This document shows, piece after piece, positions 28,375 to 36,100 of a stretch of 63,465 bases of DNA. Position numbers and translations under genes: made by a program. Within the stretch, counting starts at the first letter, position 1; each line of letters starts with the position of its first letter. Below the pieces are notes generated by a model that saw nothing but the letters and a program-made list of their open reading frames with translations, did no database searches and was not told the origin of the DNA. Origin of the DNA: Candidatus Eiseniibacteriota bacterium (GTDB taxonomy: Bacteria > Joyebacterota > Joyebacteria > Joyebacterales > Joyebacteraceae); the NCBI GenBank assembly GCA_030600655.1, contig JAUVLP010000002.1:1-63465 (forward strand). The letters run 5' to 3'.

Positions 28375-30507
28375 CTAGCCAGGAGTGCAGGTCAGAACGA
28401 CCCGATCTCCAGGTTCAATCTCTGATCCTGGTCTTGGCAGCTGTGTCTGAACCAGGCCGCTCCCATCAAAGACCACCGCAAGACCGAGACTCGAAGCGAG
28501 TCTGCGGGCCGCTCTCACACTAAGTCCTCGAAGCTCCGGCATCCGCAGCGGATCGCTGGTACTCACACTGGTGGAAGCCGGCCGTGTGATGGTGGCAACG
28601 CCGCCGCTCGCATTGACCAGATTGTGCAGCCGCGTCGCCGGCGGAATCCCTGATGCTCCAACCGGTACGACCAGATCGGAGATCCGGCCTCCCGAACCGA
28701 AGTCCGACGGAGTACTGATGTACGGTGCGGCATCCTCATCAGCGCGACAGTAGAGAGGCTCCCCATCCGCTCGTCTCTGAAGCCGCTGCCTTCCGAACAC
28801 CAGATCGTGACCGGACCCTCTGACGAGCCGCTCGACGATGCGACGGAAGACCGGAGCCGCCACCTGCCCGCCCAAGCCTCTCCCCCTCGGCTCGTCTATC
28901 ACGACCAGACAGACAAGGCCCGCGTCCTCTGCCGGAGCGAAACCAACGAACGATGAGACCCATTTTCCGGGCGCGTACCCGCGAATGCCCGGTATTACCT
29001 TCTGAGCGGTCCCAGTCTTGCCGGCCACGGTCACCTCATCGAGCGAAGCGTTCATCCCGGTCCCGCGCTCCGTCACCTCAACCATGATGCCACGCACGTC
29101 GGCCGCGACTTCGGGATCAACGACGCGCCGAACGACACACGGCCGGACCTCTTCCAACACCCGTCCATCACAGTCGAGAACGGCTTTCACGATGTGCGGT
29201 TCCATGAGGCAGCCGCCATTCGCAATGGCGGAATAGGCAGTGACAAGCTGAAGCGCTGTCACTGCGATCTCCTGGCCGATGCCGATAGTGTGAACAGAGC
29301 GCGCGCTCCATTCGGTCGGCTCCCTGAGCGTTCCACGAACCTCACCTGGGAGGTTTATCGCCGTGAGGCAACCGAAACCAAAGTCTCTCGCGTACGAGTA
29401 GAGAGGGCTTGCCCCAATCTCTTCGGCTATCTGCACAAAGCAGATGTTCGACGATTTCACGAGCGCCGTCATGAAGTCCATCCAACCGTGCGGTTTGACA
29501 TCCCGAATGGTGAAGCTCCCAAACCGCCCCGTCCCTTGGAAGGCATAGTAGACGGACGTCATGTCAGCAGCATCTGTGGCAAGGGAAGCGCAGGCCGTGA
29601 AGACTTTGAAGGTCGATCCTGGTTCGAACTGATCCGTTATCGCTCTATTGCGCCAGTTCTCGTCGGCGAAGCGATCCGGCCGGTTGCAGTCAAAGGACGG
29701 CCAATTGGCCATCGCGAGTATCTCGCCGGTCCACGGATCCTGCACGATCACGGTCCCGCTCTTCGCTTCGTATTCCCGCACGGTCCGTTCGAGTTCAACC
29801 TCGACGATTTCCTGCAGGTTCATGTCTATTGTGAGCACAACCGACATGCCGTCGTCGGGCGTTATTCGCGTGCTGGCGGGCGCGGGGGTGCGCTGTCGCC
29901 TGCTGTCCATGTAGTAGCAGACGGTCGCCTTGGATCCGGTGAGCAGGTCGTCCATGCGGCTCTCCATCCCCGAGATGCCGTGCCCGTCAATGTCGGTGTA
30001 CCCGATGACATGGCACGCGCCCCGATCGAACGGATAGACGCGCTTCGTTTCAGCGATGAACTCGATACCCGGCAGATCCATGGCGGCGAGAACCTCGGCC
30101 CTCGCCGGGTCGATCTGTCGCTCTATCCAGACGAAACCAGTGTTCTTCCTGAGACGCTCCTCGTACGACGACACGGAACCGCCGAGCGCTCTCGACAGTC
30201 CCCGTGCCACAGTTCTCGGAGATCCGATCTCTCCGGGATAGGCACAGACGGAATTGACTGTGAGGTTGTAGGTAAGGCGAGCCATGTCCCTGTCGTAGAT
30301 CTGGCCCCTGTCGGGAGCCAATTCAACCTCCACGACCTGCTGACGCTCGGCCAGACCAGACAAACGGGGCGCGTGCACCACCTGGATCAGTATCAGGCGG
30401 AGCACAATGAATGCCCACACACCCAGACCCACGAGCAGTGTGACTCTGAATCGCCTTGCGTGGACCTGCCCGGGCATCGTCCGGCTAGCCGCTGGTCTGT
30501 GCATCAT
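28375..30507 (-). CDS. ftsI: Division transpeptidase FtsI (class B PBP) with one C-terminal PASTA domain
   Basis: PBP dimerisation plus transpeptidase motifs (STFK in EPGSTFKVF, SSN in KSSNICF, KTGT in GKTGTAQ). The C-terminus MPELRGLSVRAARRLASSLGLAVVFDGSGLVQTQLPRPGSEIEPGDRVVLT is PASTA-like. I place the start at the ATGATG at 30507/30504, just before the TM helix; the track start at 30627 is an extension. Confidence 0.92.
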   Translation of the reverse strand: MMHRPAASRTMPGQVHARRFRVTLLVGLGVWAFIVLRLILIQVVHAPRLSGLAERQQVVEVELAPDRGQIYDRDMARLTYNLTVNSVCAYPGEIGSPRTVARGLSRALGGSVSSYEERLRKNTGFVWIERQIDPARAEVLAAMDLPGIEFIAETKRVYPFDRGACHVIGYTDIDGHGISGMESRMDDLLTGSKATVCYYMDSRRQRTPAPASTRITPDDGMSVVLTIDMNLQEIVEVELERTVREYEAKSGTVIVQDPWTGEILAMANWPSFDCNRPDRFADENWRNRAITDQFEPGSTFKVFTACASLATDAADMTSVYYAFQGTGRFGSFTIRDVKPHGWMDFMTALVKSSNICFVQIAEEIGASPLYSYARDFGFGCLTAINLPGEVRGTLREPTEWSARSVHTIGIGQEIAVTALQLVTAYSAIANGGCLMEPHIVKAVLDCDGRVLEEVRPCVVRRVVDPEVAADVRGIMVEVTERGTGMNASLDEVTVAGKTGTAQKVIPGIRGYAPGKWVSSFVGFAPAEDAGLVCLVVIDEPRGRGLGGQVAAPVFRRIVERLVRGSGHDLVFGRQRLQRRADGEPLYCRADEDAAPYISTPSDFGSGGRISDLVVPVGASGIPPATRLHNLVNASGGVATITRPASTSVSTSDPLRMPELRGLSVRAARRLASSLGLAVVFDGSGLVQTQLPRPGSEIEPGDRVVLTCTPG

Positions 30508-30940
30508 CGTTCCTCGCGGCCAGGTCCTCCGGCCGAGTTGCGGGACTGAACACTCCATCCTCAAGGCGGAGAATCTCACCCGGCTTCGGGTAACACATGC
30601 CCAGACGCTCCTGAGCATATTCCTCAATCCGCTCTCGACTCGAAAGAGTTACACACTCCATTCTCAGAAACCCGATCTCCGTCTCGAGCTGCTCTTGCCT
30701 GCACTGGAGTTCCTCGATCTCGGACGCGAGCCTCGTTGCGCAGGCCTGTTCCCAGATGCAAAGGACACCTGTCATGAGCGCGGCGCTCCAGATCAGAAGC
30801 CCCTTCGCGTGCAGTGGTCCACCTACCCTGTTCACTAGTCGTGTGAGAAGCGGCAGCTGCTTCACTCTGTGGAACAGTTGTTTCACGATCCGTCTTGCCT
30901 CCGTCCATCCCCGGGCTGGACCCCGCCTCATCCATCTCAA
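30485..30940 (-). CDS. ftsL: FtsL-like division protein (TM helix plus coiled coil)
   Basis: At the syntenic slot between rsmH and ftsI. TM LLIWSAALMTGVLCIW followed by a leucine-zipper-like EIEELQCRQEQLETEIGFL and SSRERIEEYA. Start uncertain (TTG 30940 or ATG 30931). Confidence 0.7.
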   Translation of the reverse strand: MRWMRRGPARGWTEARRIVKQLFHRVKQLPLLTRLVNRVGGPLHAKGLLIWSAALMTGVLCIWEQACATRLASEIEELQCRQEQLETEIGFLRMECVTLSSRERIEEYAQERLGMCYPKPGEILRLEDGVFSPATRPEDLAARNDDAQTSG

Positions 30941-31002
30941 GAACCCTGCCCGGGCTGACCGACTGCCGGCGCCTCATGGCTTCCGGCAGATCGGCTGCCC
31001 GG

Positions 31003-31941
31003 TCAGTTGCTGTCGTGTGGAACCAGTTTTTCAGCTGCCCTGAGCTTCGCCGACCTTGCCCTCGGATTTCTCTCGATCTCAACGTCGCGCGGACGAACTA
31101 CCCGCCGCGTGAGAATGCGCAGTGTGGGCTTGCGCCCGCACGCGCAGACCGGGAGTTCCCTGGGACAGACACACGGCCGTTCAGCCCTGACAAAATGCTG
31201 CTTCACGATGCGATCTTCAAGCGAGTGATATGAGATAACGACCACTCTGCCACCCGGCCGCAGGAGGACTTCCGCTTGCGCGAGACCGGAACGCAGATTG
31301 TCAAGTTCAGAGTTAACGGAGATTCTGAGCGCTTGAAACACTCGGGCCAACGTCTTGTTGCGGTTCCGGGGTTTCGTACTCACGACGGCCTCAGCCAGCT
31401 CCGCCGTCGTCCGACATCGCCCGGCATGTCGAGCCGTGATGATCGCCCGCGCGATGGCACGTGCACGGTGTTCCTCTCCAAACCTGTATAGGATTTCAGC
31501 CAGAGACCGCTCATCACTCTTCGCGATGAGGTCGTAAGCGCTCATGCCGTAGCCTCCGTCCAAGCGCATGTCGATCGGCCCATCGTTGCTGTAGCTGAAA
31601 CCGCGTTCCGCATCATCGAGCTGCATGGATGAGAAGCCGAGATCGAAGAGGATCCCGTCAACGCGGGCGAATCCCCGCTCACCGGCGACTGCGGACAGAT
31701 CTGCGAAATTGCCTTGAGCGATCTCCACTCTCTCTCCGAACGGCCTGAGCACCCTTTCGGCCTCATCGCGTGCCACGCTATCCAGATCCACTCCCAGCAA
31801 CCTGCCAGCGGGAGCGTTGTTGAGGATCTGGCTCGCATGGCCCCCCGCACCCACGGTGCAATCGATGTACTGACCGTCCGTGCGGGTAACGAGGTAATCG
31901 ACAACCTCGGTAGCCATGACCGACAAATGCGCAGCCTGCAT
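31003..31941 (-). CDS. rsmH: 16S rRNA m4C1402 methyltransferase RsmH (MraW)
   Basis: HLSVMATEVVDYL and DCTVGAGGHA SAM motif. ATG at 31941 is chosen over the SD-less TTG at 31983. Confidence 0.93.
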   Translation of the reverse strand: MQAAHLSVMATEVVDYLVTRTDGQYIDCTVGAGGHASQILNNAPAGRLLGVDLDSVARDEAERVLRPFGERVEIAQGNFADLSAVAGERGFARVDGILFDLGFSSMQLDDAERGFSYSNDGPIDMRLDGGYGMSAYDLIAKSDERSLAEILYRFGEEHRARAIARAIITARHAGRCRTTAELAEAVVSTKPRNRNKTLARVFQALRISVNSELDNLRSGLAQAEVLLRPGGRVVVISYHSLEDRIVKQHFVRAERPCVCPRELPVCACGRKPTLRILTRRVVRPRDVEIERNPRARSAKLRAAEKLVPHDSN

Positions 31942-32011
31942 TATCACTTCGCTTTGTTTCAGATACGCGGCGTTGTACTGCAAACGACGAGAACGGGACG
32001 GGCGAGTACGG

Positions 32012-32371
32012 TCAGCTCGCTCGAAGATTGTGCGAAGAGGCCAGTCCCTTGTACGTGCCCACGTCGTGTGTATTCGTGTCGAGGAAGCCGTGGAGTCCGG
32101 CGAGGAGCAAGATGTTCCTCACATACGGACTCAGACCGGCAACCCTCATCTCTCCTGCATACGAGTGAACGAGCTCGAACTCCCGAACGAGCTTCGCTGC
32201 ATCGTGGTAGCCCACATGATCCACGTCGGAGAAGTCGAGAACTATTCGCGTCCGTCGCGCGGTCAGAAGACCGACGAGGTGCCGGTGCAACTGACCGAGG
32301 TCGCGCGCTCCCATGGACCCAGCCATAAGGAGTACGGTCGCTTTCTCTGTCTCTCTCGGGAGGATAGTCAA
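32012..32371 (-). CDS. Atypical STAS-domain protein (no phospho-acceptor Ser)
   Basis: 119 aa. TTG start lies 6 nt after GGAGGAG and 3 nt after the mraZ stop. VLLMAGSM...TRIVLDFSDVDHVGYHDAAKLV...EMRVAGLSPYVRNILLLAGLHGFLD follows the STAS beta/alpha pattern. Confidence 0.7.
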   Translation of the reverse strand: MTILPRETEKATVLLMAGSMGARDLGQLHRHLVGLLTARRTRIVLDFSDVDHVGYHDAAKLVREFELVHSYAGEMRVAGLSPYVRNILLLAGLHGFLDTNTHDVGTYKGLASSHNLRAS

Positions 32372-32374
32372 GTT

Positions 32375-32839
32375 CTACTCCTCCCCTTCGTTGCCGGCCG
32401 CGTCGGTCTGATTCTCCCACAGGGTCTCCGCAACCTCTTCATAGGAGAGACCGAACTCCTCCTTGTACTTCGCGTATCGCTCAGGATCCCAGAACTCCAC
32501 GCGCTCTACCGCCCCGATCACGAGCACATCCTTCCCGAGTCCCGTTAGCTCTCTAAGACTCTGAGGGATGACGATGCGGCCGTGGCTGTCCACGCTCACT
32601 TCGCACGCCTGCGACGTAATCTCCCGTGTGAAGAATCTTGACCTGCTCGATGTGAAAGGGAGTGAACGCAATTTGCTCTCAACTCGCCGCCACTCATCCT
32701 GTGGATAGAAGAAGAGGCACCCATCCAGTCCGAGCGTCAGGACAAAGATCTCCCCCGTCGCCTTCCTGAACTTCGAGGGAATCGAGAGGCGTCCCTTCGA
32801 ATCGAGCGTGTGCGTGTATGTTCCCAGAAAGGAGGTCAT
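32375..32839 (-). CDS. mraZ: Transcriptional regulator MraZ
   Basis: Two SpoVT/AbrB-like halves with DSKGRLSIP and DSHGRIVIP. ATG at 32839; the track start at 32863 is an extension. Confidence 0.95.
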   Translation of the reverse strand: MTSFLGTYTHTLDSKGRLSIPSKFRKATGEIFVLTLGLDGCLFFYPQDEWRRVESKLRSLPFTSSRSRFFTREITSQACEVSVDSHGRIVIPQSLRELTGLGKDVLVIGAVERVEFWDPERYAKYKEEFGLSYEEVAETLWENQTDAAGNEGEE

Positions 32840-32863
32840 ATGGACACCTGGAGCAAGAACCAA

Positions 32864-32888
32864 CCCATTTCATCCCACTTCAACCCAC
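32864..32888 (-). promoter_or_regulatory. MraZ operator: three TGGG direct repeats with 10-bp phasing
   Basis: Minus strand GTGGGTTGAAGTGGGATGAAATGGG. The plus-strand CCCA copies are at 32864-32867, 32874-32877 and 32884-32887. They lie between the -10 box and the mraZ ATG. Confidence 0.6.
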
Positions 32889-32895
32889 TCGGGGG

Positions 32896-32925
32896 ATACT
32901 AGCCGCCCTCCCCAAGCCCTGTCAA
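32896..32925 (-). promoter_or_regulatory. Pmra-like sigma70 promoter of the dcw operon
   Basis: Minus strand TTGACA (32920-32925), 18-nt spacer, TAGTAT (32896-32901). Confidence 0.5.
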
Positions 32926-33061
32926 GTGAAAAAGATGCCCATATTCCAGGATGTTTGCAGATTTCTCGATGTTTGGAGAGCTGGTAGATGATCGGGCCGC
33001 ATCCCACCACATCACAGAGACAGGCCGCGTACTACAGTGGAGAATGCGTGGGTACAACGAA

Positions 33062-33113
33062 GTGGAAAAGGCACACACAACGAAGCGCCCGAGGTTGTCA
33101 TCCCGGGCGCTTC
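33062..33113 (-). terminator. Rho-independent terminator of the C25 protease gene
   Basis: Perfect 10-bp stem GAAGCGCCCG (33082-33091) / CGGGCGCTTC (33104-33113). On the minus strand it is followed by GTTGTGTGTGCCTTTTCC. A 16-bp palindrome ATCTCCGGCCGGAGAT at 33136-33151 lies just upstream. Confidence 0.65.
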
Positions 33114-33184
33114 ACTTCAGATCAGTCCGAACCCAATCTCCGGCCGGAGATCTCAACATCTTCCGGATTCCGCTTGCAGTCACG

Positions 33185-36100
33185 CTACTTGAGAAGCAGC
33201 ATTTTCCTCGACTCGCTCTTGGCTCCGATGGTCAGTCTGTAGAAGTAAACGCCTGATGCGACCGGTCCCCCGTTTGCATCGCGGCCATCCCAGACGGCCG
33301 AGCGCCGCCCGGACTCCACCCGCAAGTTCAGAAGAGTGCGAACAAGCGATCCTCGAACCGTGTAGATGGAGAGAGTCACAGGTGCGCCGTCGTCCGCAGC
33401 CGGTACAACGAATTCGATCGTTGTCAGCGGATTGAACGGATTCGGGACGTTCTGTTCCAGAAGCCACCTGGCCGAACCTGCGATATCATCATCGGAAACA
33501 CCGACAGGCATTTCAAAACCGTAGAACTGCGTCCGCCACGTATCGTGAAGGAAACATCCCCATTCGATACCTGCTCCATCATCGTAGGCGCCTTCGCAGT
33601 CCCAGACATATACATTGGTATCCATTCCTCCAACCACAACCTCGACATCGCCATCTCCGTCAACATCGGTCACGGTCGGAGACCCGTAGATATAGGCTCC
33701 GGTCTGTATGGGCCACCCATCCAGAACCGTGCCGTCAAGATCAAAGGCAAAGAGCTTGCCGGAATCGCAGCCAATGATCAGCTCCAGATCAGGATCATCA
33801 TCGATATTGGCAATCGCCGGGCTCGATTTCACGTTCCCGTCCACGTATTGCGGCCACCCCCCTATCGTATTGCCCTGGTAATCCCATATCTGGATCTCAC
33901 CATCAGAGCCCACCTGGACAAGTTCGAGAAACCCATCGTCCGTTATGTCAGCCAAGACACATGAGGGCGGGAAATCTCCGCTGTTCGCTATTGTCTTCGG
34001 CCACCCGGCAAGCGGGTTCCCCTCGTGATCGAACAACCAGACGTTCCACGATTTGGAGACGATCGCGATCTCCAGATCACCATCCCCATCGACGTCTCCA
34101 ACGGCGGGCGAACTGTACGCCTTGACTCCGATGGATATCGGCCAGCCCGGCACGTTGGAACCGTCCGCATTAAAGCAGTAGACGCTCTCTGTGGCGGCCG
34201 GCTGCAGGATCTCGAGTTCACCATCACCATCTATGTCGGCAATCGCCGGCGAAGCATAGATCCACGGACTCCCGAGATCAGCAAAGACGCCGACCGTGAG
34301 TGGATCATCATCCCCGTCGATGAACTCAGAGCCATTGTAGCTCCAGCAGTAGAGCTTGCCGTCCGCACACGGGATTATCACCTCGTTTCGTCCATCTTTG
34401 TCGAGATCGGCCAAGGCCGGGCTTGCCCAGCAGAACTTCCCCGTGGTAACAGGCCACCCCGAAACAACGCTTCCGTCCTCGCCATTCCACACGAACACTT
34501 CGTGTGCGGGAACTCCACCCACCCCCACATCCGCCCACGCGGCCGCGACTATCTCCACACCGCTATCACCGTCCACTTCGCCGACCGCCGGTGTACAGCG
34601 ATATCCACCCTCACCATCCACGGTGAAGATGCCGCCGGTTCTGGGGTCGCCGTCCCCATCCCGCACTTCCGTGCCGTTGGCGTGCCACGCATAGAGCTCT
34701 TCCGAGGCAACCAGGATCTCGTTTGAGCCGTCACCGTCCAGATCAACAACCACGACACTCGAGTAGATGCCTGCTGACGTCGGAAGCGGCCAGCCGGAAA
34801 GGCTCGGGGGATTAGTGCTGATATTCAGCACGACTGATGCGAGACTCGCATTCCCGGATGAGTCCACCGCGACAACGTAGTAGTAGTAGAGTGCGTTCTC
34901 CTCCAATCCGGCATCAGCGAAATACGACACGTCCTCAACGATCGCAGTGTTGGCCACTACATAGGGACCAGACTGGCTCTCGCTTCTCCACACATCATAT
35001 CCTTTGATGTCGGGCTCGAGAGCCTGCTCCCAGTAGAGATTGATTGTCGTTCCTGCCACATCACCCCAGAGCGAGTCGGGTGGGTCAGGCCTTTGCAGAT
35101 CGAGATGCTTCGTCCAGATCTTCCCGTACTCATCAACCAATCGGAACTGAAACAGGTCTGAAATATCCCCAAGCACCGTAAACTCGAACCCGTCGGAACC
35201 CGTCGCAGTTGCGCCGGACGAGATATTTCCCCACACATCGGTGCTGTCTGAGAAGCTGACCACCAGGGGGTCGGCGTATCTCAGCACGCCGGTAACGCCA
35301 TCGGCGTCGCCATTGCCTTCGTTGATGACGTCCAGGAGAAGTGTGATGGTCTCCCCCGTCTCCGGAATGCCGTCGCCATCACCACCGTAGGAGTCATCGA
35401 TCTGAGTGTAGATGTGAACCAGATCCGGAGCGTAGACACGAACCGTGAACTCTTCCTGCCACGCGGATCTCCCGGCTTCCGAAAAATCGATGGTTAGCTC
35501 AGCATCGTAGTTGTTCGGGCAGTCGGATGTCACAAACAACCGGAAGGCAGCCGTGGATTCCACGGTCTCCGTCGGCTCCAGATCGCCGAGAAGCACCGTG
35601 TCCGTCTCGATCACAATGTAAGGATCCGTTGAGGATATGACTGCCGAGACTGCGGCAGCCGTCACAGCTCCGGCGTTCCGAACCGTGACATCAAGTTCCA
35701 GAGTTTCGTCCGGCTCCGCCTTACCGTTGCCATTCCCAGAGCTTGCGCCGCTGCTGTCGTCATCGACGGTAGCACCCGTGAGATGCACATAGGCTCCGGC
35801 AGCCATGACGACATGGATGCTGGATTCAAACACGTAGTAGTTGGGAGACGTCACAGTCACCTGGAGCACCCCCGTCAGCGTCGGCGTGAAATCGAGGTGA
35901 ACCTGGCCCGTCCCGTCAGTAGTTCCGTATGCATAGACATCCCCGGACGAAGAGGAAACACAGACCTTCGCGCCCTCCACGATGCCGGGATCGGTCACGT
36001 TGAACGTCATTCCGTCTTCCCCAACCAGCATGGCGCCGGAAAAGGCGACCGAGAGATTCCTCGGGCGCTGCGTTCTCATAGCCATCTCGGGGTCGCCCAG

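Noticed and set aside
29194-30549. 451-aa ORF antisense to ftsI. Similar long antisense ORFs: 35783-37219 in the C25 gene, 13645-14634 in the TPR gene, 18154-18981 in murB, 21008-21748 in murG, 44630-45601 in the RND gene, 48088-48768 in tolC, 58628-59341, 61355-62272, and 7171-7887 / 8137-8853 / 9991-10758 in the kinase
   Set aside because: All lie opposite genes with strong family signatures. They are Arg/Pro/Gly/Ser-rich with no recognisable motifs or ribosome-binding sites. I treat them as shadow ORFs.
31714-32548. Plus-strand ORFs (31714-32328, 31916-32548) and minus-strand ORF 31959-32420 competing with the STAS ORF and mraZ/rsmH
   Set aside because: Only the 32012-32371 frame shows a fold-consistent sequence plus an optimally spaced SD. 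The others are Arg-rich and overlap the well-supported mraZ and rsmH.
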